This document shows, piece after piece, positions 35,193 through 49,471 of a stretch of 64,000 nucleotides of DNA. Position 1 is the first letter of the stretch; the number at the start of each line of letters is the position of its first letter. Under the pieces are notes generated by a model. The model saw only the letters and a program-made list of their open reading frames with translations, did not search any database and was not told the origin of the DNA. Both the position numbers and the translations under genes were made by a program. Source of the stretch: Perkinsus olseni (Eukaryota). Location: NCBI GenBank assembly GCA_013115125.1, contig JABANN010000037.1, positions 1 through 64,000 of the forward strand, in the 5' to 3' direction.

Positions 35193-38100
35193 ATGGTCCG
35201 CAGTCATCATCGTAGTGCCTACGCTGCAAAGCTCTTCGCGGTGGAAGAGTCCCGACGAAATGATCCTGCTGACCAACCCTTCACAGGACGTCTTACGATG
35301 GCACTTCTGCGTCACGACACTGCCGACTATGGCGGGGTACCGTTCGTGGTGTCAGGGCCGGTTTTGGACTTGGACGAAGACTATGTCATCGGGTGCTTAC
35401 ACTCGGGTCTTTCCTCTTTTTATCTTCCCCTTCTCAGGTGTCATGTGAAGTTGGTCAATCCAGCCACGTGCTCGGTTGCCCTCCTCGGCTGGGTCTCCTC
35501 AGCCTGTTGCTATCGCACGCTGGAAAAGCACCCTGCGAACGTCTCAGGAAGTATTTTCGCTCCATGCGTGCCTGTTACGAGTCTCGCTGCTTCCTCAGAC
35601 CATTACGTGGTATCCGTGTCGAATCGTCTAGCTGAGAGCGTCGGCTTATCGAGAGACGTAAAGGAGGTTTTTGTAAGTGACGGAGGGCACGATCATTGAT
35701 CGGCGTCGATGCGTCTTTCATTCAGCTGGAGAAGTTGTCTCAAAACGAGCATTCTCGAACCAACTGTTGGCCCACGCTGGAGTCCGTAGAGATCATCATC
35801 CGTAGTCGCTTTCTGAGCAAACGAGATGTCTGGCGATTCCAACTGAAGCTGCTGGGAGCGGTCGTCTACAACAACATGCCTCCGCCCTTCGCAGACTCCC
35901 TCTACTGCGCAGAGGTTGTCGGGATGACGTCAAATCCGGCACCGGTCAGCCCCTCTAAGATGCGACGGAGGATTGCTGGTGAGCACTCCTGAGGCCTTTG
36001 TCGTCCGCGCCTTCCGTCCTTGTTGACTCTATCGATGTGACCCCAGCCAAGCAGTGTTGAGCCTCTGCGGTGGAGGGTATTAGTCTCTCGTCAGGTCCCA
36101 CCTCCACGCATCTGCTGAGGTCATGCGGGATAGTCGGCAGTCAGACGAAAGTTGTCTTCCGGACTATGAGCTCCCACCTGAACATCTACATCCACCTGTC
36201 CTGGGAAATGTGGTGCTTTGCACAGGATGGCCGGCCCCACTACGAGCGAGCCCTCTCCTTCCTCATCAACTTCCTCGCTGGTGTCCGCAAGGCTGGCTCA
36301 ATGTGCAATCATTATCTCACCCTTCTCACGGCGATACGTCTACAGCCTGTGGACCCAGAGGACGTGGACTTGGAAGGGATGCCGCCGACCGGCAAGGACG
36401 GCAAGTTCGTTTTCGACGACTACTACGACGTCGTGTATGATGGCATGACCTCCAAGCTTGATACGGGGGAGTTGGTCCGGGGCCTCCGCAGGATGTTCCT
36501 GCAGTTCCCCAGCGAAATAGGATGGACTCCGCCCTGCTTCCCGAATAAAAGTCACGCACCCAGTAGGTTGAGTTGCCATCCGACCCAAGTGATAGTACTG
36601 TCGCGGCCGACGCTCCTCAGGGCAATCGTGGACGAACGACGCCTCGGGCTTCTCCCCTCACAAGCGTTCGAGCAGCATGATGGCGGTTACTCCGAACGCC
36701 GATGGTGAGTCGCTCCTTAGGTCGTATCTCCGGACTTCGCCTGCTGCTCAGCCTCTCCTCATGCGACATGCGGTCTGCGCTTCGACACAGACTTGAAGAA
36801 CTGGGAGCGGGGTGATTATCCTCGCACTGGCTGGGTGCCAGCGAGATGCCGAGATTCGAACGTTCTCGAGTGCATCTCCTTGAGTGCTGATCAATTCGAC
36901 CAGAATCACCTGGACAGGAAGCTGTACACCACTGGACAGGAAGTAAGATCCCCTCCTGAGTCGTCTGTGGGTCATCATACACTATCATCAGGTCGTAGTG
37001 ATAGCTGCCACCGACGGGGTCTTTCGGGCTACTTGTGAGCCCAGAGAGGACTACGTTGAGTGCGTTAAACGGAAGTGCCTGCAAGGCGTGTTCAGCGCGA
37101 AGGTCATCTGTTTAAGGCCGCCGCCGATGCATCAGGTGTCCTTCACAGGCCGTGGTCAGCTTATCCTATTACCTGTATCAGGCACCTATTATCCTCATTT
37201 CTAAGGACCAGTCGGCTAGTGTGCGGCCGAGGCCCCGAAACCCAGACATGAAACGCCTAGGAGATCAGTAAGAAGCTCTTCTCGCTTATCTCGGGAGTGG
37301 TCGTCCTTTTGCCTCAGAGGCTCCTCCTGGCTTCACTCTCACTTTGACGTCTATGATGCTTCGTGGTTGAACATACAGTATTATCCCTCGGAGGGCAAGT
37401 GCTGCAGGTCCAGGATGCGCTTTCGCGGTACCATCACACGCCTTCATCACGACCTGTCATCAGCCCACTCTGCCGCAGGTTTCCTGCATGCATCTTTAAC
37501 CCCACTTCTGTATAACTGCCGAGAGCAGCAAATTAAGATGAAGGTCATGCCCTACACCAGACTGTGGACTCAGGTTGGCAGACTCTCCCAGAGCGTCTTC
37601 GGTGTTAATCTAGAGCGTTCTCTCAGGCTGAATGCTCCATCATTCCCTCCAGCAATACCCTCGACGATGAGCCTCTGTCTGAGCGAGAGGACACTGTTGA
37701 TACCAGCGGGGTCGATCTTTCGCTCAGCAACTTGCCGAAACGGACAGCGCAGATGCCCGATGGCGTTCTTGCCAACAACTCCCCCATCACTCCGAGGTCC
37801 AACGCCTATCTTGGAGGACCGGCGTCCTCGACCTACGTCAGGGACAGCTGCTACTCTTCCCGGATGATTACTGAGCTTTCGGCATTTAAGGTGGCACGGT
37901 CATTACCGCCAGCCCGTGCTCAGCTGGTGCCCCTTTCAGGCTAGTCAGCAGAACCAAAGCCTCTCACAGATCTGCCATCTTAACAGTCGGACTTCTCACC
38001 ATCACCATCAACAGCAACAGCTGCCGACGTCTTTCTTTCACACCCGTAGCTCAACCAGCAGCGGTCAGCGGTGCAGTCCGCTCTGCCAGTCCCTTCTGCC

Positions 38101-41100
38101 TACCAGATTTGGTTCGCTACTGGATGATGTAAGCTGCTGATTCGGCCGCGTTGAGCATCATCGATTATGCTGCTTCCTGTAGGCTAACATGTCTCAGCTT
38201 GTGGTCCCACAGCTGCAGCGCATCGTCCTCGAGACGAATAAGCGTGTCGAGCAGAACTCGCAGATGCAAGTCGACAACTGGGTGGTCACCAGCGAGGAGA
38301 GCGTCCGAATGTCCATGATGTTGGTGAGCTAGCCATTCAAGATACTCTGCCCCTCAGCTGGGTCGGGCATTGGTTCAGGCTAAGCATCACCTTGACGTCC
38401 GCCGTATGCAGCTGATGAGAGGCAGGGGCACTCCAGGAGCCCGGGCTACTTTGCCGCTACCTCCTGTAGGGTTCGTGGAGGCGCTCCGTTCCATTCTGAT
38501 TCCGGTCAGTCTTCTGTTGGAGGCTTAGCCAAGTCCCACTCTCTCACGCGCATGCAGCAGATAAATCGTACAATGCACGAGCTGATAGGTGAGGCCTCGT
38601 CGAGGGGACAGACGACTAGAGCGGCTCCTCGTGGGGTCTCCAGGTGTTCGCTTGGCCATGGGTCACCAGCTGATAGAGGACAGGCAGCAGAGCTGGTCCA
38701 TCTACATAGCCAATGTCCAGATGAACGGCATAGACTCTAGTTGGAAGCTAGAACAGTTCGAGGATGGTGGCAATAACATACTCGTCACGAAGTCAGGGAT
38801 CCGCTGTCGGGGTCGTCATATATGGCGTTGCCCGATTATGCAGGTATAGGCCTCTCGTGCTTGACCCCAGTACCAGCAGCAGTCGAGGGCGAATGCCTCC
38901 CAGTGGCGCCTACAGTAGGCTCCCTTCTAACCTGGCAGCCCCCTCTCCGAAAGGTGGTCGTTTTGACTCATTCAGCGCCATGTAGCAGCTCTGTTGTCGT
39001 CAGACCATCAGCTCGCACGACCCAACTCCCTCGTGCCAGCTGTGCCGAGTCGCCGAGGCTCTGTGATGGAGGCCGAACCATCGCCTCCTCACCCGGCGAA
39101 GGTGAAGGAACGAATCTTAGCAACGAAGTGACGTTCTCCCAGTCAACTGAGTAGAAGTAGCCAATCGCTCTCGCAGGTACAAATTTTACGTGCGGAGACG
39201 ACCTGGGTTGTCCAACTACAGCAGCAGTAACTCGGCATTCTCTTCTCCCGTTGACAGCTGCGGCGTTGACGATCTCAGAAAGCATAGCGGTCAGGCGATC
39301 TCTCCTCGCAACGTATCCTTGAGTCGATGTGAGCCACTACAGTACTTTGATGTATCTAGCAGCGACGGCGGCGGTGCTGGCAGGCCCGGACTGTGAACAG
39401 TTCTCGAGAGGGTACTTCATCCATACTAGGAAGTGGCTGCACAACTCCATGCATGAGTTCCCATGGAACAGCCTGGACATGTTGGTGTCCCAGCAGTCAC
39501 CTAAGATCCCTAACATGGTAATGGTCTCCGTGACTTGCTCTCGAAGCCGGAGGGATTCGCCGTAGAAGCGATGATTTCCGTGGAGTTCATATTAGGTTGG
39601 CGTGTCGTATACTCCGGTTCAGGTTCCACCGGCACTGAAAGCGGATAGTGATGGTCCGCATGAGCTACGATGGCTGCTAAGATCAGCACTCAAGACTCTC
39701 GTAAGTTTGTTGTTCATCTCCAAGGGAATGCTTTCAGAACGAGCGTCTCGCCTCGTTTCAGATGTTCGCCCTAGTCCCCTCTGAGCCGGAGTTCTCTCAC
39801 GAGGCCTTCCTCCGAGATATTCCCGAGGGCCTGGGCGTCGGCTCAGACCCCTTTAACGACGATGCTAGGCATCACCGCCGTGGGGACTACGATGCTCAGC
39901 TCGTGGAAAGGTTCAGATCGTGGAAATATAAGGTACGTCTGATCTGTAGTAGGGTCGCCACCGCTGGAGCATCTCATTGCTGATCAGGTGGAGACCCAGT
40001 GTGGCATTCCTCTAATACCTGTTAGAGTAGATCGGCCCACCGACGCGATGTCGAGATGTGGCGGTGCTAGCAGTACTTGCAGTTTCGGCGCTTACGCTAC
40101 GATGTCGGTCCGAGTGAACGTACGAAATAGTCATCTCTTCACCCCTAACGACTCGACAAGTGGATCGTGGGGAGGTCTGGATGAGAAGAAGGAGCTTTGC
40201 AGGGATTGGGTGCAGCTCAACTTCGATGAGAGCTTCCAGCCCCCGAGGTAAATAGCAGGGCGCTTGCGATTAGGGTATAACCAATAACATATAGTATCTA
40301 GGGAGTCTCCATACTCATGTACTTACATAGTATACTGATCTAGCGAGTTCGGTGTCGCTCAAATACTCACGGCTTGTACGGTTTAGGCCACCACTCAATT
40401 TCTTCAGTGTGCTCCCCTCAGGCTGTTCCTGCTGTCGATCGACTGGGTTACCTGCCACGCCAACTACGTGGTGCAGATAGTCGATAAGCTGGCCCAGTGT
40501 GCTGCCGAGGAAGGGTTCACTCTGGTGAGATGGCTGGCAGCCATTGGCTGCTAATCAGACTTGGAATCAACGATCTGTCTTTAGGTGGAGTTGCCTGTAG
40601 CCCAGCTGTTTCCTCAACCAGTGCCGTCACCTCTGTGGAGCGAAGACCGCGAGCTGTGCTTCCATCGTCTGCCTTTCAACCGCCGCATAACGCTGCAATT
40701 CCCGCCCGACGTGGCATCTAGCATCACCACCCCCTTCCACAAGAAGCTCCTCTACGATCTGTGCGCCGGCTTGGATCTACTAGTCTGCTTCTTCTGTGAG
40801 GATAGAAGGCTTAAGGAGGTACGTGGGGCCTGTGGCTTCTACCAGTGCTCTGACTGTGAGTGGTTGTCAGGTGGCCGTTGATACCGATGAGGATGGCCAT
40901 GAGGCGAAGCAGATGGATCGGAGAGTTCGGCAGCTCGACAGTCGCCTCACCGGTTGGACCACCATGAATCGCGATGGCACTTTCTTCGTGGCCATCCGTC
41001 CAGGCAGACTCGACTGGTACGAGAGCTACCTCACATCTCATGAAGCCGGGGCGCTGTCACTCAAGCGTCTGCGAGAGCGTGGCCGGGCGAGCGTGACGCA

Positions 41101-41242
41101 GCATGAGCGGGCCTTTGCCAAGATGAAGAGCATCGTCCACACGGACTTGATACGGTTTCGCGAGGAGAAGGAGAGGATCCTCTCAGCGCAGGCCGAGGAA
41201 GAAGCTTACGTCGTTCGCCGAACTGCTAGCTTGCCCCATTAG
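35193..41242 (+). CDS. DEPDC5: DEPDC5/IML1 (GATOR1/SEACIT subunit), multi-exon
   Basis: LESVEIIIRSRFLSKRDVWRF, CGIVGSQTKVVFRTMSSHLNIYIHLSWEMWCFAQDGRPHYERA and SNVLECISLSADQFDQNHLDRKLYTTGQ match the IML1 domain. WVQLNFDESFQPP...LSIDWVTCH matches the C-terminal domain. Confidence 0.85.
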
Positions 41243-41369
41243 CCCATGTCTAGCTCCCTTTACTACACATTTGCGTTCCTCGAGTATCATTGCCATTTCT
41301 GGATTGGAAAATTTGGTCGTCGAGTTATCTAGTTGGCTAGAGAGCTTCCCCTCGAGCAGCTCATCCGTG

Positions 41370-43731
41370 ATGGATGCGACCTCTGCCTATGGTGTCGTAG
41401 ACAACGTCGACGTCGGCATCACGGAGCTGCTCCGTCCCGCTGGGGTCGGCGGGATCGGTGGCATGATCAAAGTGTATCCGGAAGATTTCTGTGTCAACGA
41501 GGTAAGCAACGGTCACTGGCGCTTTTCATTCCTCGGCTCTGCAGATACGGCTGTCGGACGGTAGTGTCGTCGAGATGCCCTCCGACGTTGATTTCTCTGA
41601 CGCGGGGTCGACCTGCGCGTCCACACCATCGCCAACCGAGAGCCCTGCGGATGACATGGAGGGCTCGGAAGATGAACGATGGGGCTGCAAATTCGTTCTT
41701 GCCAAGACGCGAACCGTGCGACTCCGGCCCGCGCGATCAGTCTCTTCTCATCTTCATCCCAGGACACGCTGGAGGCCGTCCATCTCCTGTCGGCCGCCGT
41801 CACATCGTACATCGGGGCAGCAGCTGGACGAGGAGCGGTCAGAGACTTTGGCTTCGCGGGGATTAAGGACAGCTGGGCAGTCACGGCTCAGGAGGTGCGT
41901 GTCCGAGCAGCAGCATGGCCGTACGTGAGTGTTGCTCGCGGTTGCAGGTGACGGTGAGAGGAGTGACAACTGAGGAGCTGGAAGGAGCTGTCGCGCGTTT
42001 TCTGCCGGCATCAGTCCAAATTCGCGTACGCTTTACTGAGGCGGTCGGCTACATACAGAGTCATCGAATGACCTTCAGGATATCAACTCTTGCGATCGTG
42101 AGGACAGACTCAGACCAGGCATGCTGGGGGGCAACCGGTTCCGGATACGAGTAAGCCACGGTATCCTTTGTGCTTGCTTTGAGCACGCTTAACCTGCAGA
42201 TTCGCGGCATTCAGCCAGGCGTGTCACGGGAACAGCTCGACGTCACACTCGGCCATGTGAGAGACAACGGCTTCATCAACTACGTTGGAATGCAAAGGTG
42301 TGATATCCCTGAGACGCGTCGCCACATCCTTCCTGCGAAGGTTCGGTAAAGGAGGCGTTGCCTCACCTGACGTGGGGCTGGCCTACATCAAAAGGGATTA
42401 CTCTGCTGCCATCGATCGGCTCATGTCTGATCCAGCAGCCGATACCCCTGGTCCCTCCAGAGTAAGGGCAAGGGCAGCTGCGACGTATCAGCTGGTTCCT
42501 TGCCAGGGCCGCCGCGGCACCAAGCGTGACAGCAGCAGCAGCTGGCAGAGCGTGTGGAGGAAGACGTAGAACTGCCCCGAACAGGAGCCCTCTTGGAGCC
42601 AATCCATTCTCAGATACTGCGCGAGTGCCGTTCTTGCTGCAATGGAGCGTCAGCTCGGGAAGAACTCCGGGTCGGCTTATGCCCAGAAGCGTGTCATGGA
42701 GCAGATGACTGTAGCACAGGTATGCCGATTGATCTCGACCATACGCTAGCTCCGACCTCCTCCCCCTCCTCAGTCCCAGCTGAATATGGACTGGAGCGCA
42801 AGCTGCCGATACGCTTTCTTGTCAATCCCGAAGTACCTCCGGATGCTCTATGCTCACGCGTAGGCACGCTCGCGTTAGAACCCGAACAGTGGAACGTCGC
42901 TGGAGCATCTCATGAGATTGTCGATCGCCCAGGTATTTCGACAGAGTGTGGAACCTCGGAGCTAGTGCCTGGGTCAACGAATCCGAGTCCCGAAGTGGTA
43001 CAAGGAAGAAGCCTCTCCCAGGCGACCTCATCCGAGTGGGATCCAAGTTGGACGGTTATGTCAAGTACTATGATGAAGATGAAGATACCGACGCCACTGT
43101 TTATGACGTTGTAAGTTGGCTAAGAGGGGGTCCTCCCAGCGGTCTCTGCATCAACGCGGTTGGCATCAAGAATATACCGCTGTGCTCTTCACTCTACGGC
43201 TACTAGGTACTACCCAGGCCGGGCCGAGACGCTCTCTTTCCCGAGAACTTCGTTGGCACGGTGATGCGGCAATACTAGTAAGTTGTCGGTTGGATATGCG
43301 CCGGTTCTACAGGCTGAGGGGGCTCTGCTTCCAGTGCCTTCGATGGCGTAGACGTTGAGGACGTGACGGTCGAACAGAACCAGGCAGGGGAGGTATGGGA
43401 CATCCTAGGCGATTACCGGAATGTAGTGCATGTCCTTTGCCTTCATCGGGGTAACCTAGATAGTAGGTCCTCTCCCAAGCCACTGGGCTAGGGTGGCGAC
43501 TGGTGGAAAAGCCCGATGCCACCGGGGCAATCCAGCGGCACTGCGACACCGAGTTCAGTCTTGCCCCAGGACAGTAGGAACTGTTGACGTTGGATGGGTT
43601 GGTTGGAAGGACCTTACCAATGCAGATACGCTACGATGTTCCTTCGAGAAGTGATGGAATTGAAGGAGAGTCGAAGCTGCAAGAAGCGTCGAATTATATT
43701 CGAAGATTCCGATGATGATGACGACGATTGA
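41370..43731 (+). CDS. PUS7: Pseudouridine synthase PUS7/TruD family, multi-exon
   Basis: VGITELL...GMIKVYPEDFCVNE, catalytic FAGIKDSWAVTAQ, GNRFRIRIR, GFINYVGMQRFG, QWNVAAS, FSLAPGQYATMFLREVM. Confidence 0.9.
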
Positions 43732-43784
43732 CTGGCTTGTATTTAGCGGCTACGATGTAGCCAACATCAACGTTCCTGTTCCTT

Positions 43785-45121
43785 TTATCCACTGTCTTCA
43801 TGATTGTGTGGTGTTACCCGAAGTGGTCTTTCGGCAAGCCCCGTGCTGGGCACCCGTGATGCTGCTGAGTGAGCAGCACTAAGACATCCCCACACTTCAA
43901 GCAATGACTCAATCTCAAAGCGAAAGTTTTTATCAAAATTGAGGTCGACTTCGACTCCCCGAAAGAGCAGCCAAGGATCGAGTCCAAACCATCGATTGAC
44001 ATGGCGGATATGCGTTTCCTCAGAGTACGCTAGTATTCTGAGAACACCACTCATCAACATCAGTCGCAAAGCATGCTCAGATTTACTCATGCTGCTCATG
44101 CGATCATGACGATCCGCCCATATTGTTGATTACTGGAGGACTGCAACACAGGGCTCCGTCTCTTCGGAAGCTATCAATGCTTGCGTAGTACTCCACTACG
44201 ATAGTAATGCATCAAGAGGGTCTAGGTCGGAAAGGTCCTGTTCTTCCTCTGCGTCTGGGATCAAGCCCGCGATGGGGGACGCCCGGGCTGGCACTTCCTG
44301 CTCAAAGGGACCGCCAGAGAGAGGTGGCACCAGCCCGGCGACCGCGCTGCTCTGTCTCGTGTTCTGAAATCACCTCCGTTATTTTGGCCCACTCATAACA
44401 ACTTACGGAATTGTACGCGTTGATCGATCTTGCGCTATTGGTCGGGGAGCTCGGATAGCTGCTACTCGCGCTATCGGTGCTGCGGCGACTGCTGTGTCCT
44501 GCGATGCTCCGCATCGTGCTGGGGGCTACGGCTCCACCGTCGATGAAATGGGCCTGCTCATAGGCGCTGCCTTTCTCGGCGAGGTCCCTCTCGAGCTGCC
44601 TGATTAACAACGAGGGTCAGTGGGTCGATAGCCAACGCAGAGCGTACAGTCTCCTCATGTGCAGCATTGCAGTGAGGCCCAAGACTAGCAGCGTGGCTGC
44701 CAGGCCCACCGCCCAGCGAGGTACTGTAGTACGGACACCCCCACGATAACCAACAGGGGGGCCGACTTTATATCTGTGACCATCAACATGATGCAACGAC
44801 CATGAGCTAGGAGGCAGTTGCTCACACTGCGTGCAGGCCTCTGGTCTTGGGTATGGCTCTAACTTCCAGCGCATTGACGCCGACCAGGCTCTCCCCGCCC
44901 GTCCCGGGGCTGCCCCTACTTTCTCGTGGAACGTGGGGCGGCCCTGCACCGGTACCACCGGAGACGGCTCCAGGCGAATCGAAGGTGGTTGGCACCGCTA
45001 TGGGAGCTGGGCCCTTCACATCACCAACGGGAACGAGCTTGACCTGAAAACAACCATTCATGTTTATACGTAGCCGGTAGCATTGTAAACCCCAGCGAGC
45101 GACGACTGGGTGCGAAGGCAA
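43785..45121 (-). CDS. Hypothetical multi-exon protein with one predicted transmembrane segment
   Basis: A chain of minus-strand open segments with GT-AG borders, including WAVGLAATLLVLGLTAMLHM. The start and the family are not resolved. Confidence 0.3.
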
Positions 45122-46917
45122 ATGGGATGATCAGAGAAGTTCCTCAACGTGTCATGGGACTAGCTTGGACTTTCCAGGAGAGAGCCATCGCTGTGTTAAA
45201 TTGGAACTTCCTACAGTAGTGAATTGATGCACTGCCACCTTGAAGCCTTTGTACCTGGTAACTACGACTATGTTCACTTCCCTCATAGCTTCGGGGAGAG
45301 CCAAACAAGAGAGAGCACGAGAGAAAGAACGAGGTTACTTTTCCTCTGCCTTCCGTCGCTGCTCGTCCGTGAGCCTGGGGCAGACGTTAGGCCACACGTT
45401 CGGGTCATCGCCGAAACAACAGGATTTGTTGTTTCCCATGTACCTTGTGACACCACCGCATCTCCGTCATCTGCTTTCGGTTCCTCTCACGCTCTCTAGC
45501 CTCACATAAAGGGTTCAGGGAGAGGGCATCCTTTGCCAGACTTTATCGCGTGAGAAAAGGTCGGTCCCAATGGGAAGAAACTGAAGATGGCTCAAGAGCT
45601 ATCTATATCGTGCGCGAGAGCAGGCAGGGATGTCCTCTGAGGGATGGGGCTACATCGACGGCACGATTGCCCTGCAAAGCAGCTGAGACTACTCACAACT
45701 CGTGATGTGCCTTTTCTCTCTCTTCATCAGCTCCTTTTACTGTCAAACATTTAGTGAGCTTGGTGGTAACCCAAGGTTGACACAGCTTAACGGCTAGGGA
45801 CGAGGAAAGATCTGACCTAGAGACTGCCGAGCAAGGGCTTGCTTTCTCTCTCACCCTTCGGATGTCTCCCGCTTGCGCCGAATACACGACCCGTCGCTGG
45901 AAGGAGAGCAACTTTACCGGTTTGCTTATGAAACGACGCTATCGTGTATTCAGATTGATCGTCAAAGGAACCGGGACCTGCGACATCAGTAGTGTCTTCC
46001 CCATTGTCTTCATTCTTGCAAGAGTGGACAAACTCGGACACTGCTATGCTCGTTACAGGGGTAACGAGGTAAGGCGCGATATTGTAGGCTATGCCTCGAT
46101 CGGGCGCATACCGAGTTCGAAGCCGCTGCCGCCTGCGGAGAGGTCCATCCCGCCGCTCGCCATTTGGAGATTAGCTCTAGGGGTTATGGTCGACGTAAGC
46201 CTCTCGAAGCCGACCGAGAAGAGAAAAGGCCGCAGAAGTATTCGATACCGCATAGCGTTTTGAGGGCTGCGTTGAAGGAAGACTGTAACGGGCCTCGCAC
46301 AAGAGGGGAGAGCACCGCCACAGCAACAGTCCGTCTAAATGTGGGCAAGCCCACAGCTGTTACCGTTCCTGTGGACCCGCTAGTGTTCAAACTGCTCCGA
46401 TGAGCGTCCAGCTATCGCGGTATTTATGTACGAATTTTTTCTAGTGGCAAAAAAGCGTACACATCTGACAGATTATGGCATGGTCTATTAAACGTGTAAG
46501 CATCGGTATGAACATCGGCAACTAACCAAACCACAAGAAGCGAGTTCGATTTACAGGCGAGCGAGTTTATTCTTGCGCTGATGAACTTCTCTCGCGCGCG
46601 CCAGGAAAATATTCACAAGGAAGATCCGGCACGGACCAAACAAATTCGATGGTATTACCCCGTGACTTAGTCAGTTTTCACTCCTGAATCGAAAATTACT
46701 GCTCTCTCTAATCAGTTGCCATGATTCAACACTAGGGTGGATTGGTAGGATTGAGGGGTAGCTGATGAGAAAGAGCAGTGGAAAGTGTCACTTGCAACTC
46801 GATTCAGATCAAAGGCACAAAGAAAACGGTGCTATCTTCTGATGCTTCATGGGGATAGTGTCCCTTCTGAGTAGGGATGGAACTCCAGCCAGTGGATTCT
46901 CGCTAGACATTTCCACT

Positions 46918-49471
46918 ATGCTCAAGCCTCGACCAGCTACCCTGGCGAGGGTGCTCCTCTCGGGCCCCAGGAGATCGACCTCCCTCCATCGGAGATATCT
47001 AGCCACCCTAGCTCCCTCCGAGGAAGGCAATTCTTCGGAGCCCGTGGCTGAGGAGGGAGACGGGGGTGCCGAAGCAGTTTCAGAAGCGCTCACACCCCCA
47101 CATTGTATATTCCCTCCCTCACAGGTAATAGGGATGCCTGTGTTAATCATACCACTCCTTTACCAACTCCCAATCGCCACGCTCGACTTAGACGGACATG
47201 TCGGCACTAGAAAGCGACCTGTGGACGTTCCTGGGCCCGGAAGGCTTTCCTGAAGAGCAGCTCGTAGTGCAATTTTTAAAAGAAAGATTGGAGACGGTAG
47301 GGAAGATGGACGGATGTGCTGTACCAAGTCTGAGCTGCTAGGAGGACGCTGTTACCAGCCTGCAGCCACACGACTGTGTCGTGGTTTTCCGCATGGTGGA
47401 AAGGTTCGTAAACAGCTGGGAGACAAGGAAGCAACTAGCTCCTGTTCTAGGGTAGCACATCTGGTTCTATGGGAGAGCTTGAGTGCCCCTGTTTGAATCA
47501 GGGCTGTCCTGCAACGCCTTGCTGAGGTTGGTCCGCAGGCTTCTAAGCGGCTAATATCAGTATTACTCAGTACGCTGAGGAGTGTTGGTCAATGGACACC
47601 GGAGTACTCTGATTTGCGGCATGCCGCAGAAGGCCTGGGGAAGAAACTGGTGAAGACTTTTATTGAAGACAGAAAGGTGATACTACGGTATAAAACAGCA
47701 TTGACTAACCTGGCTGGATCACTGAACCCATTCCATGCGTCGCTCCGCCTATCAGTGATGTGGAATCACCAATGCGTTCGTTGTGAAGTACTGGTGGTTA
47801 TTTCCAGGACTACGCAACACCGTCGAGGTATCTTGGTCGACTGTGTGCTTTCCTAGTGGAGTATCCCGGATGCACATCAGCAGCAGTAGTGGACTTTATC
47901 GATACTACGTCAACTGAACTGCTGCGGGCAGGAGGGGCAGGATCCCTGGAGGAGGATGTTAGTAATACCGCCATGCTTCGGTTACTCTGGTGTGGAGCCG
48001 TCGATGGTAGCGTCACTGGTGTGGCTGCTGCGGTGGTGGTCGACGCAGACACTGACGAGTAAGATGAATGATAGGGAGACGCGGAGGAAGATCAAGGAAG
48101 CTGTCCAGCTTGCTAGGAACAACGCAGCTGATCTCAGCCATGAGAACGCCGTCCTGGTGACGACTGGCTTAGCCGATCTCGCTGTTGATCACCTCGCCGT
48201 AGGTGTTGGAGGCTTGTGCAGGCCTCCCACCAATGACTGGCATGAGTGACCTAGTCTATGAGGCCAAGCTGCGGCTCTTACGTGAGCCCTGGCTCAGCCC
48301 CGTTGGCCGGAGCATCGGAGCCTTGGGGAGACTCGGTAAGGCTGCCGTCAGTGTAACGGATAACTCGATCGCTTGCCTAGGTGCGTGGAATAAGAGCTGT
48401 AAGACTTTGTACAACACGTTATCGTACAGGGCCAGCCAACCTGGTATGGGGCCGGACGCATTGAGCGCTATGGTTGGCGGTGGCCTTAGCACTACTACTC
48501 AGGATCTGGGACGGAAGGGAGGTAGTAGCTGTCGTTACTGGAGAGGCTCGCAATTGAGCTGTGCAGAGCCGGACATTGTGGGAGAGCCCCAGCCCAGGAA
48601 CTCAGCCTTCCCTCGGAAGGAGTTCATTGTTACTGCCATAGTAAAGAACGTCCTAAGTGACTTGAAGGGTGGAGGCATGAAGCTCACCTCTACGGCTACG
48701 GCGCTGTGGGCAGTCTGTGTTGGTGGACTGCACTTGGAGACTCCGCAGGGCGTTAAGCAGACGCCGACTGAGCGGCCTTGGAAGCTCACCGGTCTGGAGG
48801 ATGGAAAGGAACGTAATGGGGATCACCACCTGTGCTTATGATGGTCTGTCTGCTTATTAGTGCTCCTGCGTAGTCTACTTGACGTGTCGCTAGTTTGCGG
48901 GCGATGTAGGGGAGGCAGCCCGGCTAACTTGGCCGCCGCCTACGCGGACTCCCTGCAAGTGTGGATGCAATTTGGTAGTGGCTACGGCGACGGCTCGACT
49001 GAAGTGGGGAGGTTGTGTTGCAGGTGAAATCCTGCACTACTTGGCTCTTACGGGAAGCCCTATAGTGAACCTTGCGGAGCCTCAGAAGCCCATGGTCCGA
49101 GTACAGAAGCGAAGGGAGGTTGATGCTGAGTACGTTAGAAACCATAAGAAGGGCTTGCAGTGGGCGAAGGAGGAGCAAATAAGATGGATGAACGAGAGCC
49201 GAGTAGCTACAGATGTTGCAAAGTAGCCGCTTGAAGGGGAGGCAAATTGACGACTCCCACGGCACTGCGTAGGTATATCGAGAACAGGACCCCGGGGGTG
49301 CTGCAGCTGTCGGTCCCTGATGCCGCTCCGGAGCTGGCCGCGTTGCTGGAGCTGCCGGTCTTCCACTGTGGGGAGGGGTATATACTTGATATCGATTGCC
49401 CCGAGATAAGTCCTGTTGGGAGGGCTTTGCGGAAGCGCATTGCTGAGCTGATGGGGCCACCAGTGATGTGA
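46918..49471 (+). CDS. Hypothetical helical protein with a mitochondrial-type presequence, multi-exon
   Basis: MLKPRPATLARVLLSGPRRSTSLHRRYLA start followed by successive plus-strand exons to 49471. No family confidently recognised. Confidence 0.45.

Noticed and set aside
45693..46390. Minus-strand ORF pieces with faint resemblance to RNA polymerase I subunit A49 (YTIASFHKQTGKVALLP)
   Set aside because: A single short motif with no coherent exon chain, so no gene call can be supported.
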